A DNA stretch of 64,000 bases from Ruditapes philippinarum (Eukaryota), in the NCBI RefSeq assembly GCF_026571515.1, contig NW_026858102.1, forward strand, positions 1 through 64,000. Direction: 5' to 3'. The first letter of the stretch is position 1, and each line of letters starts with the position of its first letter. The position numbers were made by a program, and so were the translations under genes. The notes below the pieces were generated by a model. It saw nothing but the letters and a program-made list of their open reading frames with translations. It searched no databases and was not told the DNA's origin. Positions 1 to 14,882 of this stretch are shown piece after piece.

Positions 1-27
1 AATTCCGATTTGTCAAATACTGTATTA

Positions 28-170
28 CCTTCATAATAACCACACTTTGGCGAAAGCTGTATACACTTCATTATAACCATACATATCTATTTGGTCAAGC
101 TGTATAAACCTCATGATAACCGCACATATCAATTTGGCCAAAGCGTATAATGTTAATTATAACCACACAT
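28..170. repeat. Degenerate ~45-bp tandem repeat (x3-4)
   Basis: Recurring cttcat.ataacc.cacatatc.atttgg..aagc.gtata. Confidence 0.6.
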
Positions 171-559
171 GTTTTGATAAATCACCATTTTTCTACTTTT
201 AAACCGTCATGCTCAAGAAGTTTGTATGTGTTGTCAAACTGAACAAAATAGAGTTACAAACTCTCGTTTTTAACACGAGACGATGCTCCCTTCCAGATAC
301 TTTGAATATATTACTGATACTTTGAATATTTTTCTGATAATTTGAATATTTTACTGTAACACGAGTCCCTCCTAAATGCCAGAATTTTGAACATGTTCTT
401 TAGAAAATATACTTTTAAGAAATATTCGTCTAAATTCCATGAAAAACATTTATCGATTCATTTAAGGGAAACTATTTATAAAAAAGAAACATTCCATCCA
501 TCACTATGTAAGATTCACAAATCAAGATAATGTTACGATAAAGGGAACAATTTTTATAC

Positions 560-3500
560 CACTCTAGATCATCTGTTTCCCTGCCTGCAAGTATCTCATC
601 TATCTCAGTCTGGCATTTTTGTTGACATTCAGGGTGCTCTGCCAAAGAATACAAGATCCATGCTAAGGCACTGGCTGTTGTGTCGTGACCTAAAAAACAA
701 ATTTGTCATACGTTATCATAACTTATATAAATGTATATGTAATGGAAACATATAAGAATAATGTATCAACATCATGTCACTGTTATATATAGGCCTTGAA
801 GAGAGTCTTATTATCCAACATCAAGTAATGTGTGGTTTATATGTGGCTATTAGCATTAAAACTGTAAACAATTAAATAAAGCCAGTCCTTGATAACTTAT
901 AATCACTGTATCTTGGTTCTAATCTTATACCGGAAAAATATGATGTTTTTATTTTGTAACTTAAAAAAAACAATCATCTTTCCTTATAAAGGTCACCTTC
1001 GAACAAGAAAGTATCCACTTCATTCCGTATCTCCAGTTTTGTAAGACCCTGTCCGTCTTCGTCACGTGCTGTCAGAAGAATATCAAGGAAGTCGGTGTAA
1101 CTGCTACTCTTGGTACTGTCTTGTTTATTCTGACATTAGACAAAAACTTAAATGAGCTGCGTCACGACAAAACCAATATACTGGGTTTGCGACCAGCTTG
1201 GATCCAGACCAGTCTGCGCATCCACACAGTCTGATCAGGATCCATGCTGTTCGCTATCAGTTTCTCTACTTGTAATAGAGTTGGTAAGCAAACAGCATGG
1301 ATCCTGATCAGACTGCGCGGATGCGCAAGCTGGTCTGGATCCATGCTGGTCGAAAACCCATTATGTTGGTTTTGTCGTGACACGGCTCAAATAACGTTTG
1401 GTACAATATGATCGTGTGTCATACGGATGAGTGTGCTGTACCTTAATAGCTTTATTTAAAGGAAAGATTTTAAACTTTTTAGTGTTCTTATTCATAAAAT
1501 CATATTTTTGAAATTTAAAAGCTTCATTTATCTTTAGTTAAACAGAAGTTACCAGTCATTTTATTAAAATTACCAAAGCATCTCTCCTTTTGTCAATTAC
1601 TTCCTCGGCTACTGCATGAACAAAATCACAATCTTTTTTAAATTGCCGTCCGGTTGAACTTAGATTCCAAATGACATCAAAGTGCATCAATGGATTGCTA
1701 GGAATTTGTAAAATCAATAAAAATATTGAATAATGTAAATATATAATGTTCTTAAGTATGGTTCACAGTCAAGTGTAACCATATTTGTAACCGTTTGTAA
1801 ATGTTATTTTATGTACAATATATTGAACAGAAAAAGCTTAAACTAAGTGTAACTATATTAAAAGGTTATATGTGTGATATTAATTTAAATGCTCTTCTTC
1901 TAAACAAAGAAAGGTTTGTGCAAAGTCATCTTTGTCGGTAGATGATATGTTGTTAACTTTTATGACTTTATCTGTTAGGCACGGGTCATGTTGCAACACA
2001 ATTATAAAATCCTTAATACGAATTTCCTGAAACACAAATTATTATTATTATTATTATTATTATATACCAAACTTCTTAAGCACTTTTTTTTCATGCACAT
2101 TGACACGTTCATAAGTACTATACAATATAACCAAATAAATTATACAATATTTAAAAGAAAAAATAAATTAAAACATCAATATTGCTCAAGTCACAAATTC
2201 AAATCAAATGTAGTTTAAATAAAAAAGTTAAGAAGACCCACATAAATAATGAAATTCAGGTAAGAACCTAAAACATAATCAGTCTAAATAAAACCTCTTA
2301 AATAAGAGAGGTTTAAGTGCTCTTTAAACACAGTTAGGGTTTCACAGCTTTTAAGTGTTCTAGGTTGGGCATTCCAGAGTTTAGGGGCTGCCGACATAAA
2401 AGCACGATCACCATAAGTCACAGTCCTATTACGCGGTACAACAAGTGCTAAGAAATCATTCTGGGACCTAAGTTGTCTGGTTGAGGTTTAATGTCTAGCA
2501 TGTTTCGTATGTACGTAGGTGCCTGTCCACGAAGCGCCTTTAACACATATGTAAGGAGTTTATACTCGACTCTGATGTGCACAGGAAGTCAATGTAGTTC
2601 CTTTAAAACTGGGGTTATGTGGCAGCTTTGCGATGTCCTGGTAATAACTCGAGCAGCCGTATTTTGAACATTTTGGAGCTTGTTGAGAACGTACTTTGGA
2701 GATCCATATAGCAACGAACTACAGTAATCTAATTTTGATGTCACAAACGAGTTTATCAAGGTTCTGGTTGAATCAACAGTCAAGTATTTCCGAATTTGGC
2801 CTATTTGTCGTATTTTCATGAAGCATGAACGAGAAATTGAGTTCACATGTTGTTCCATGTCTAAATGAGACTCCAATACGGCGCCAATGTTTCTTACTGT
2901 TGTTGATGGTTTTATTACAGAATCACCGACTCTTTCAGTAAGATCTTCAATATCACTTCGTTTTGGTACAAAGACGATCACCTCTGTTTTGTCCGCATTG
3001 AGTTTCAGAAAGTTATTATTCATCCATAGTATGATGTCATTCAGGCATGCTTCAACCCGTCGCAAGGTCTCATTGCGTGAAATGGCTTCCTTTGGTTTAA
3101 ATGCCGTGTACAATTGCGAATCGTCAGCGTAGAAATGATGTTGAAGTTTATGCATCCGACAGATCGCGCCCACAGGTTTTGTGTACATGATGTAATTCTT
3201 CGGACCAAGAACGGACCCTTGTGGAACAGAAAATGTCATACGTACAGGTTTTGACAGTTCACCTATGACGCAGACAGTTTGATAATGCTCACACAGATAT
3301 GATTTCATCCATTGTAAAGGTTTGCCTACTATTCCGAAGTGTTGTTCGAGCCGGCAAAGGAGGGTACTATGGTCGATCGTATCAAAAGCAGCAGATATGT
3401 CCGACATTACTAGAACAGTAGCTTCATTCTGATCAAGAGAGCGGACTATGTCATTTTGTACACATAATAGAGCAGATTCTGTCGAATGAAACTGTCTATA

Positions 3501-6500
3501 AGCCGACAGGCGCTCTTCATGAAGTTTATGTGCAGATAGGTGTCTTTCAAGTTGGGAATCGACAACTTTCACGAGAATTTTGGAGACAAACGGTAAATTA
3601 GATACAGGCCGGTAGTTTATCATAACCTCTTGATCCAACCCTGACTTTCTGATTAAATTCGGAGCATATATCAACCTCTAGTAGGATGATCACGGATATG
3701 TACCAGGAAATATGTATACGGAGTGCGAGCAATATGTGTTTTCCAAAAATAACCTCACCTAAAACAACAACAAAACAGACACAAGAAAAAAGAAACAATA
3801 AGCGTATATAACTTACAAGAATCTGCATGTAAGGGCGTCGGTTATTCTATTCACTGTACTTGCATATTCATTAGACTCACTGAAATTTGATTTGTACAAC
3901 AGATATTCGAGACACAGCATGTAATATAGATTTAATATTTCAAAGCAAAATATGATGAAGTTTGACCATAAAGACAGCATGACTTTCGCGATTAATTGTA
4001 TTGGTAGATAATTAAAATCGTCCCCCTGGCATTATTAACAGTTAAGATTGTGTTTTACATATGCCATTGCTCTTTATGTAAGTTGAATTTTCAAAAATAT
4101 ATTATCCCAAATCTAAGAAGGCATGAATGATATCATTACCCTGCTGTTTGAACGTCTTCGCTGTATGAAAACGCACACTTTAATATAACCTCCAATGTAT
4201 ACATACAGACGTGCTGGAACACTTCGAATCTTTCATTGGTTTTTGCTTTAGCCGCAAGTTTTTTCTGCGAGAGAAAAATTGACAATATTTAAACATAATA
4301 CTAGAAATATTAAATAAAATTAATTATTTCAGATATTTTTACATAATTAAATCATATACAGTACTAAATCTAAATAAAATATTTTGGTGATTTCATCGTT
4401 TGAAAATGAGACACATTAGCTCGGACATCTAGAACTAATAAATTCTAACAAGGCATTAATTAATGCGTAACTGTTCGCTAAACATAGAAAAGAAGAACTA
4501 TGCTTTAAAAAATTATAGTGTAATATATCCTAAGACCAAATGCTAGAATCAAATACCATTGAGTGAGGGAAAGGTTGATTTTGTAAACTATGATATTCTA
4601 TTTCTATATATACTACGAAAACCTACAACGAACACATCAGCAGACTGGTTATATACATTCATATACGGCTTCAGTATGTCAAAGTGAAAAGCGGGAGTAA
4701 GCAGACGTCTGTTTCGCGCCCATTTTTCACCGTTAGCTACAAGCAATCCATCTCCAAGCCACGGATATAAATGTCTGTAAGCTCCATCTAAACCCATCGA
4801 CTTGGGTTCTGTCATAAAGGAAAAGTATAAATGATTAACTGCAAGCATCTTTGTTCTATATGCCAAACAATGTATTTCAAAGCAAGATGAGTAAATATAA
4901 ATAAGCTTTTCACATTAATTTTATTGATGTTACTTGGTCTACTTGTACTGTATGTTTATGTTGAAACATCAGAAAACACTGACACTTATATCGGCCTCAC
5001 AAGGCTAATTGTTTCATTGAGAACTATAGACAAATTAAGCTGAAAACAAAGAACAGGTCCCGGAACATTTCATTCAATATTACAGTAAAAGGGCTCATTA
5101 ACCGATTAAAATTACTATATTTAGTTAAAGAACAGTAACATGTAACCCCTAGGCTTCCGGTTAATCACTTTGTTTTATGCATCTTTGCTTTCTATTCAAA
5201 CAAAATATAAATTTTATAAAAGATACTGACCATTGCCTTTTAACACTTTTGCAGTTACACGTGGACAGGTTGGAAACAAAATAAGTTTACCCAGCATGCC
5301 CCACAGTACAACATACCCTTGCTCACTTCCGTATTTATTACCCATTTCCATCAAATACGTTGTTAGCTCATGACTATCAGTCGGCAACTAAAAAATATAA
5401 CGAAAAAACAATACATGTATTAAGAAAATATTGAACGAGAACAAAGTTTACATTTAAGTGATTCCACTTATGATCCTTTACCTTCATTTTCATCTGCCTT
5501 TTCTTTTTCCTCTTACTCTTTCCATTATCATCATGATTATCAATATCGTAAAATATGTAATTATGACAATTGTTTTGTTTGTTTGTTTCATTTTACGCCT
5601 TTTCCCAACAGTATTTCAGTCATATAGGCGGGTAGTTTCCAAACCATCGTTCCTGGAGAGTTACACCAGTACTTGACAACCTTCCTCCGCGCTAAACTAC
5701 CAAAGCATCTCCCGGGGATCGAACCCACGCCAGAGAGGTAACTGGATTAGAAGTCATCGACTCTAACCCCTCGACCACGGAGGCGGTATATGACAATTGT
5801 AAATATTATTCATCATCATTGTTATCCTCATTATAATTACCATTATTATTAACATTATTTTTTGTGCCCCCACTTTAGTGGCGGGCATTTAGATTTATCC
5901 TTGTCCGTCCGTCCTCCGTCCGTTCTCTTTTGTGCCTCACGTAACTCAAAAAGTATTTGACCTAGAGTCATGAAACTTTACAGGAATATTGATCAGCATG
6001 TGCAGTTGTGCACTTGGGTATTTTCGTCAGGATATTTTTAGCATTTTTAGAGTTATTGCCCTTGACTTAGTAAATTTTGCAATTTTCACCTTGTGTCGCA
6101 TGTTACTCAAAAAGTATTTGACCTAGAATCATGAAACTTTACAGGAATGTTGATCAGCACGTGTAGTTGTGCACATTGGTATTTTCGTCTGGATGCATTT
6201 TTAGAGTTATTGCCCTTGAAACTTTGTCTGTAGCATTTTCTTTGGGAGTCTTTTATCACATTCGCTAATATTAATTTGATTTGCCCCTTTAAGGAGTTTC
6301 TAGAGCTAAAATAGATAAAAAATACCCTTTAAACATCTCCTTCTACTGAAGTAATTTGTGGATGATCACCAAACTTTGTTTGAAGCATTTTTGGGTAGTC
6401 TTCTATCAAATTTGCTCATATTAATTTGATTGGTTAATTTTAGGGGCCTCTAGAGCTAAAAAAATAGAAAAACCTTTAAACAGCATCCCTTGCTGAACTA

Positions 6501-9500
6501 ATTGATGGATGTCTGTAGCAAATTTGCTCATGATAATTTGATTGGCCAATTTTAGGGACTGCTAAAACTAAAATGCTCCACGCCGTGACATTTCTTCAAA
6601 TTATAGTTAAATAATGAAAGGGAAACAACTCATGTTGGAAGTTTTCCATACATGTGTAAATGTTATGCAATTTTTCTAAAAAAAAAGATTGATTAGCAGA
6701 GAGTCATGACATTTTTTGTTTCCAAAGATCTTGATGAATTAATTTAAGGTCATGACATATGGCATGAGAGATAATAATGAAATAACTTGAGTGCATTATA
6801 AGGGCATAATGATAAACAACATCCAATAACTTACTTTAAAATTTATAAAGAGCATTTAAAATGTAAATGGTTTCAGAAATAGGTAATACTTAATTGAAAA
6901 TTTAGTATAAAGAAAAATAATACAGCTCTGTTATACAGTAGATGCTTAATTTTTTGTCAAGTAAGAATACTTTTATATTGTATCAATTATTACAATATGT
7001 GCTCTGTATCTGAACTGCACATTGTCTTTGAATTGACATGCTGAAATAAGACTCTGACCCTAAAACTCGTTAGACAGTACTGAACTGTGGCAAAGTTGAA
7101 TTGTATAGAACTAATTTCTGGTGCTATTTAGTGTTGTGCCATAACATTTTTTCACAAATGCAATATTGTTAAGCTAGGTAACAATAAAATCAAATAATCT
7201 TCTTTTTGTGTAAATAATTTTCTTCCTAACAGAGATGATTTTCAAAAGGTCATTTTTATTTAATTTTGTTATTATTGTTTTTTTCAATTTTAATTAATTG
7301 GATTCAATTTTGGAGATAGTATGTTCTGTCAATTTTGGACACACCTTTGTACCTGATGCCGGCTCGCCACGGCGAGCCGGTATTTCGTTAGGATTTTACT
7401 GAGAAACAACCTAAAACTCCGAATCCATCCAAAAATTCAATCGAAGCTTGGCTTCCAGCTTTCTACAAAATTTATCTTTCAGGGCTAGGATCAAAAATTA
7501 TTTAGCCAATCAAATTTAATCTTACATAGCGTCAAAAAACCTTCAATTTTCACGCCATTTTTAAAAAGCAGCAAGTATTATTTTGAGCGCAAAGATATAC
7601 TGATGATTAAAATGTTTGTTTTCATGAATTATTTTCAATTAATCATATTTACACTGACTTTTGATTTAGCGATCTCACCTGTTCCTCTGTAGTAAGTTTT
7701 CGTTTGGTTTATTAACATAAGTGTACATCTGGTTCTGTGCATGTTTTTCTTTTTCCTTTTTTCCGGTAATTTTATCTTTTCCGGTATTTAGTTCCGGGAT
7801 CCGGGACGCCCGGACTGGCCGGGATCCGGGATCGTATAACATATAGAGGAAAAACAAATAAACTACATTTGTGTTGATTATTGTCGTAATGAAAGGCCAT
7901 TAAACGTTAAGTTTTTTTTTATTGTATGTAATGAACGTTAAATTAATTAAACTTATGATATTAATATATTTAGAGCTATTTATTAACAAACTTAAAATGC
8001 GGAAATCACAATACTTATATTAATATGCCGAATTAATTGGAAAAATCAAAGACTATATATGTTCTTGAATTGGTCAAATCCCGGGATCCCTTTATGTTTT
8101 AATGCGATCCCAGCTTTTCTGAAAACTATATTCTTGAACTGGCCAATTCCTGGGATCTCTTTATATTTTAAAACGATCCCGGCTTTTCTGAAAACTATAT
8201 TCACTAACTGGTCAATTCCCGGGGTCCCTATATGTTTTAATAGGATCCCGGCTTATCTGAAAAACATCTTAGACTGGTCAATTTCCGGGATCCCTATATT
8301 TTTAATAGAATCTCGGCTTTTCTGGCTGAATTCATTGACAACTTGTGTTTACTTTAGGACTTGTGTCTGTCACTCATTCCAATACTAAATAACATATTAC
8401 AACTTAACTTCGTATAAAGAGACATCTAAATGTATGAATTCTACCTATCTAACATTTATTTGGTCAAGGTCAACAGGCTATACAGTAAATGTGCATAGAC
8501 ATAGGGTCTTCATTTTATCTGTTTACATGCATCTTCATATATACTCATATTCCTCTTTGTTAAACTGAGAGAACTGGCTTCCATCACTTTTATTTTGATG
8601 TGCGCTCAAGTCTCTTCAGCTAACAGAACTGTCATTTTTACATTTAAACGCACCCCTGGAAAAAAATTACGAAGCGAGTCGCTACTAGCTTTTTTAAAAG
8701 CTAACATTGTATCTGTTTTATGTTCTTAATTGAATTTTGGTATCAGTTGAGCTGTTAATGACACTTTGAAACCATTTTACCTGCTTTATTGTTATTTGAT
8801 GTACAGACTTGAAATTTGGACATGGGTTGTAATTTCTGATGCCGATTTGAATTTTGATATCAGCAGACCTACTTATATATCGCTTGACCAACATCTTTTG
8901 ACTTTTGATCTTCTTTCTTGCTTTTTGACTTACAAAAATGGAATTTTGACGAAGGGTGTAATTTGTTATGCCGAAATTAGTATAGATCATATATGACTTA
9001 CTTTTGATATTTTTAAATCATTTGACTTATTTTCTTGTTTTTGACATAAATACTTGAAATTTGGATTAGTGTGTAATTTTTGGTGCTGAATTGAATTTTG
9101 ATATCAGCTGGCATACTTTTCATATTTTTTGACCTATTTTCATTCTTTTTGTATAAAAAAAACTTTAAAAATTTTGTTTTACTAAACTGAATGTGGCATT
9201 TGCATTCACACAAGTTAATAAGAAAAAATTAACCTGCTCTTGTAGAATTTTATTCTACATAGTTTCTTAGGAAAACACTTGTAACATAGCCTTTCCAAAA
9301 TATTAGGACAAAATATTTCAGTTTATATCGTGGATAATAAAATGAACAATGAAATGATGGGCCAGGATTATTATGAAGAAATTGCAACAAAACAATCAGT
9401 GCAACTAGAGGGGAAAGTTGAAGTTGAGCTGGATTTGCCTTTCGGCGAGTTTATTTGGAAAATTATTTCTAACACAGAGAAAAGCTGTTTCTGGTGAGCG

Positions 9501-12448
9501 ATTCAGAGTCATCATGGCCCTCTTGTTTTTTTGTGTTTTGTTTTGCTTCTTCAAAGCTCTTTTTAGTGTACTGTTATAGTTCCCAAGCAGTTAGCTTATT
9601 TGCCAAATACCTGAAACTTCTTATTTTCGGGTGCTTTTTGATAATGAGTACATTTAACGTGATTTAGTTACAATTTAGTCAAAATATTACAATGTTTACA
9701 TTTTATTATTTCCATGACAAATAATTTAACAATCAGTGCTACTTTTGTCAAATGACAAGCATCTTACATGCTCTGAAACCATTATTTAAACGTTATTAAA
9801 CTTGCAAAAGAAGGAAAAATTTAAAGGTTTTTGATGCATAACATGTCTATAACCATTCTTCCTGCATAACAACATTTACACGGTGCGTAATTGTTTCGGG
9901 CTGATTTGATATATTTCCCCGTTTCTGAACTGATTTGAATTTATGGCGCCGGATTGATTCACATAAATTGGACTTTTAGCTAGACAGGTAAGAAAAAAAA
10001 AAATAAACACATTAACATAATGTAAGTCATTGAATATATTCTACTTGCATGGAACATTGTATTATTTAAGGAATTCATATACATGTACATGTACAACTTT
10101 ATGAAGTTTAAATTATTAACGGTTTTTTATCAGTCAGTTGGAATCAACAGGATCAGGCGCACACCAAAAATTCACCCATAGTACATCACTCAGTTTGTTG
10201 AGTTTTCGTCGGCATGAATCTATAGATTTACACATTTTTTTTTGTTCTATATTTATTGACCTTCTTTATGTATGTCTCTTTCCGCGCGTCAACTTTAATC
10301 TCCTATGATAAGTCAATCTTTTTGACAAATATATAATATTTTGGTCCAAAATGTATATACATAGTAATTTCTTAATGTTCGGAAATTTGTCAAAATTTAA
10401 ATTTCTTTTATTTCAGACAAAGGGATTTGTATTTTTGTAGTCGAATTTATTTGTGCAGTCTAACACTTCTGAATAGCGGTAAATTGGCAACAACCGTCAA
10501 GTTGATGAAACACAGCAAGTAGACAACAACAACAAAACAGGGATCCGTGGAAACAAAATTTATAGAATAATTGTTTCATTCATAGTATAGAAAAAAGGAT
10601 GGATAAAAGTATCAATATATGACGCATAAGGCCATGTTATCTTGAAGCCGGATCGATTTAAAACCGGGCTGACGAGCATCGAAAAACGGGCTATATCTGA
10701 TTTAATTGTACGATGGAGCGTAGCCCCCGAGTATAAATCAGATTTCCGAGTGTTTTGATGTTCTTTCTCTTTTGTATCATAGTCAAACATAAAAACGTGT
10801 ACACGTACGTTCCCTGATACCACAAAATGAAACCCCACAAAAATGTAAATAATGAACGAGCATCTTAATATGATATTTCCATCGCTATTCCTTGATCTGT
10901 TGTCACAATATGTAAACCCATGTCAAAATGAACCAATCAATGGGCATGCTCTGGAGTGCGGGTAACCAGTTAACACACTGTGCATGTATATGTATACGAT
11001 TTAACTCTTGATACATTTTCAACAGAAAGGTCCCCAAACTATGATACAATGGTAGGATAGACTTTCTTCCTTCTGGGCACAGTAAATTCATATCATAATA
11101 ATAATTGCTAACTGCATATTTCCCAAGGTGTATGGATCAATTTATCTGCATGCTGAGGACACAAACCCGTACTGCTCATTACAATAACATGTGAATAAAA
11201 CCATTCTTCTGTCGCATCTGAAAATTGTGTTTTAAGATATATTTCCATTCAACAAACGACTATTAAACCTCACGCATCTTGTTATTTCAGTGATTTCTCT
11301 TAACAGAAGATATACCACAATTCTGAACTATTTTCCCTTTACCTTGCATGTACAAGTGTCAAATAAACCTTAAACATGGAAGCACACGGCTAAAATGTGC
11401 ATGGTAAACTTGGATTAACTATACAACTGTGTAATATAGAACATGGTTTAAGTAATAGAAACTCAACAAACTGACTTTTGTGTGAGGATATAAACAAAAT
11501 CAAGGCGCATATAAAATATATGTTTAGCGCTTCACCATAATTTAATTCCAACTCTTATTTAGGAACATTTTAAACAAAGTAATTAATCTAAATAACTTTA
11601 GATAACACATGAAACTTTGCTCTACTTCCTTTTTAAAATGGCCATGAGCTTTTACGAAATTCTGTCAATCACATGGTATGAAAGCACATAATTAAAGGCG
11701 TATTCTGTAGTTACATAAAGATGTAAAGGCACAATAAAAACTGCATAATAAAATTTATTTTTAAACTTTGTATGCTTTTAGAATATGATAAAGTCGTTTA
11801 AGGAAAATGAGACCACCGAGCTTTACTTCAAAACAAAGAGAGGAAAATATGTGTTAATAACATTGGTGTATCATCGAATACAGCAGTATATTTAAAGCAT
11901 AACGTATTAGCGATAACTTGTTGGTTTTGTAGTATAAATCCTCCGCCTTATTTTTTTCCATTTTCTTTTACCTGTTAAACAGCTAGCTAGATAAACAAAG
12001 ATTCATATATATAGCAGATCAGCTAGTAGAGAGCAAGCAATTGAGGTCAATAAAAAATTTATAAAATGTTATTAACCTTGAATTTTTTCTATATTAAAAC
12101 ACCAGATAAGGTTTGTGCTATATTATAACCCCTGTAAATATCACGATAAATAAAACAGTTGGCTGTACAACAGATTGTTTTATATTACAAGCGTATGTAC
12201 GGTGTATAGCCTTGACATATAACCACATTATTTTTTGATATTTTATTTACGTTTAGACAGAATAAAAATAAAATACTTACATAAAAGTAACTGCCAAACA
12301 ACCAGTGATATTTTTCTGGTCCCTTAGCTCCATTAAATATTTTCTTGTTTTGTCGATACTTGATGAATATTGAAACAGCATGATAAAAGATGTATGTTCC
12401 TATAATTAACAAAACTGTTTGTAGGATCACATTTAATGTTGGAAACAT
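560..12448 (-). CDS. Cytochrome P450, CYP4 clan (CYP4F-like), paralogue A; 3' part lies beyond the left edge of the window
   Basis: Eight GT-AG exons in consistent phase: 12281-12448, 5231-5387, 4627-4808, 4140-4264, 3817-3879, 1574-1697, 997-1129, 560-689. They encode an N-terminal membrane anchor, WxxxR ([18 protein letters not shown]) and the CYP4 I-helix [16 protein letters not shown]. Exon sizes are identical to paralogue B. Confidence 0.95.
1154..1388. mobile_element. Palindromic ~235-bp MITE (Sola-like), copy 1
   Basis: GAG...CTC termini, ~100-bp inverted arms, 4-bp TSD AAAT on both sides; lies in intron 6 of CYP paralogue A. Confidence 0.9.
2037..3660 (-). mobile_element. 5'-truncated non-LTR retrotransposon (L2/CR1-group LINE) with reverse transcriptase domain, in intron 5 of CYP paralogue A
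   Basis: ORF 2589-3674 has [43 protein letters not shown] and [10 protein letters not shown] degraded C-terminus follows, then a (TAA)n 3' tail at 2037-2063. Confidence 0.92.
5574..5788 (-). mobile_element. tRNA-derived SINE with intact 12-bp TSD
   Basis: Minus-strand A-box-like TGGTCGAGGGG and B-box GGTTCGATCCC, (CAAA)n tail, and TSD TATGACAATTGT at 5562-5573 and 5789-5800. Confidence 0.9.
5862..6220 (+). mobile_element. Helentron-associated non-autonomous element (HINE), 5' part
   Basis: T-run followed by GTGCCCCCACTTTAGTGGCGG, a (GTCC)n microsatellite and ~160-bp tandem units; closely similar to the inverted copy at 22132-22967. Confidence 0.8.
8050..8325. repeat. Tandem repeat, ~69-bp unit x4
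   Basis: Repeated ctggtcaattcccgggatccct...gatcccggcttttctgaaaacta; this explains the periodic spurious ORF 8059-8388. Confidence 0.85.
10746..11049 (+). repeat. Interspersed repeat fragment shared with 48002-48308
   Basis: About 300 bp of colinear similarity, from ccgagtgttttg to ccaaactatgatacaa. Confidence 0.85.
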
Positions 12449-14431
12449 GTTTAATGTCTGTCAGAATATAGTTCTGATTAATTTCAACATCAAGACACGA
12501 CTCATCCGTTAGCGGTGTCTCGACATAAATTAGAGACGCATATAAAATATGGAGGCTATTCGTTGCCAAATATTTGACAATACATACTTAGGTTCTACTA
12601 AATCTAATTGTCGATCCGACCGCACCGGTATTAAGCGTTTTGATTCTCTCAATTTGATAAAAATGGAAGTTGTTAACATGCAACTTACATAAATTGCAAA
12701 CTGTATTTAGAAATATATAAATTTAAATGTTCGACATGTATAAATGTACACGATAGAACGTACACAACACGTTTTATGCCGCATATTATGACGTTGAGAA
12801 TGTAAATGCATCAGTTAACACTCTCAGGTTAACAACACCACACTTACATTTTACGCGATTAACATTTGTAAACGATTTTGTAACTGTAATGTTCTAAATA
12901 GAACAAGACCGTTAAAGGGATTGTTTGATAACACAGGATAGTTTCTAGCTTTTAATGTTTACTGTACAAGTGTATTATAAGAACTAACTACAAGTATCAG
13001 AGGCAGAGCCTGCATGTATTATTCATAGGAGGCGGGGCTTATCATTGCTGACAGCAGCATACTACAGTTACTTCCATATATGGCATAATCAGGGTAATAG
13101 AATAAGATTAAAAGGCGGAGCCAATTTTCACGAGAGCAGAATATAAAGAGAGGCAACTCTTCCTGTACAGTTATAATGAGTACAAAAATATTTCAAATTA
13201 AATGAAACTCTTATGGAGTAGGTCTTCAGCGAACCCCTTTTTATGTATTTATCTAAATAAATTACAGCTTTAAAATCTTAAAAGCTGGTACCTTAACTTG
13301 ATTTCATTCTGATTTAAAGCAGATAACTATTTTTATGTACAAGAAATACTACACAGAATTTGTATTACGTTTTGTTAGTGATGGCTTTTTCATAGTGATA
13401 AAATGAAGGTATACATAAATTGATAATCAACATACATACCTTTGGACTCATTTAAAATAATTTCTGAAAAAATATGGTAAAAATGCAAAAATATATCTAC
13501 ACGTACTGTATGGTAAAAATAAGAAATGAAAAGTACGAAAGGGTACATACAACTTTGGTTTTAATTTTGATATCGTTAAAAATGTTTTCTTGTCAAGTCA
13601 TACGCTAGTATTAAAGTTACTAATATAATAGTAAATGCTACTTCTATAAAAGACAACAGTTAGAATTTATTCTTGTATTTTAGTATTTAGTCGTAGCAAC
13701 ATCTCTACCAGATGTTGGCTTGAAAATTTGAAAGTTAACTTGTAGAGTAACAGCTTCACTGTCATTCAAAGTTACTCATTCCTATGCAAATTGGAATCCA
13801 CTCAGTAAAATTTATTTGTCTTTAAAAAGAGCATGTTGATTATAGTCTTAACAATAATTTTAAGTTCCTTGAAAATTGTTTATCCCCAAGCAACCCTATT
13901 AAAAGTTAGATTGAGACAGTTACCTGGTGAGTTTTAGTTTCTTTTTTCTAGGTATTGGGGTATGTACAACTTTTCAAAACTAATAGGCCTATAATAATTT
14001 AAATTCCGCTGATGTTGATTGAATAAATGCATAGAATGGCAATCATGCAAATGAATTATTTTTGGTGAATAACTGTCATGATTTGCAAACAGCTAAAATG
14101 TATGGTTAACGGAATCTACGCCGGTAATTAACGAAATAATGAACGGATAAAAACGTTTATTTACGATGATGTTGTGGGCGGGTGAATGGGCAGAGCTTAT
14201 TTTATCTCTTATTGCAAAATATGAACAGCTGGATAATGTTGATTTGAATCATGATGGTTTGACAATGTAAAGCTAAGAAAGTAACTTAATTCTGTTTTGT
14301 TGGCTTGATATTGCTACTCTCAGGAAACCAGTTAATGTTTTAATTTGTCGTTTAACAAAATGTATTTTGTTGAAATTCATATTTACAAAGTTAAATCGGC
14401 AAACTCAATCCAACAATGCAACATTGGAGTT

Positions 14432-14882
14432 NNNNNNNNNNNNNNNNNNNNNNNNNNNNNNNNNNNNNNNNNNNNNNNNNNNNNNNNNNNNNNNNNNNNN
14501 NNNNNNNNNNNNNNNNNNNNNNNNNNNNNNNNNNNNNNNNNNNNNNNNNNNNNNNNNNNNNNNNNNNNNNNNNNNNNNNNNNNNNNNNNNNNNNNNNNNN
14601 NNNNNNNNNNNNNNNNNNNNNNNNNNNNNNNNNNNNNNNNNNNNNNNNNNNNNNNNNNNNNNNNNNNNNNNNNNNNNNNNNNNNNNNNNNNNNNNNNNNN
14701 NNNNNNNNNNNNNNNNNNNNNNNNNNNNNNNNNNNNNNNNNNNNNNNNNNNNNNNNNNNNNNNNNNNNNNNNNNNNNNNNNNNNNNNNNNNNNNNNNNNN
14801 NNNNNNNNNNNNNNNNNNNNNNNNNNNNNNNNNNNNNNNNNNNNNNNNNNNNNNNNNNNNNNNNNNNNNNNNNNNNNNNNNN
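14432..14882. other. Assembly gap (451 N)
   Basis: Run of N. Confidence 1.

Noticed and set aside
1162-1383. Small ORFs with MDPDQ motifs (also at 17432 and 37454)
   Set aside because: Translations of the palindromic MITE, not genes.
2020-3680. TSD around the L2-like LINE
   Set aside because: No convincing direct repeat at the two junctions.
5700-5788. tRNA gene candidates (also at 46825-46892 and 40560-40641)
   Set aside because: They have A/B boxes but no complete cloverleaf, and two are attached to SINE bodies and tails.
12980-13160. GC-box/CCAAT/TATA-like cluster on the plus strand, divergent from CYP paralogue A
   Set aside because: No downstream exon or ORF found; the motifs could be TE-derived or chance.
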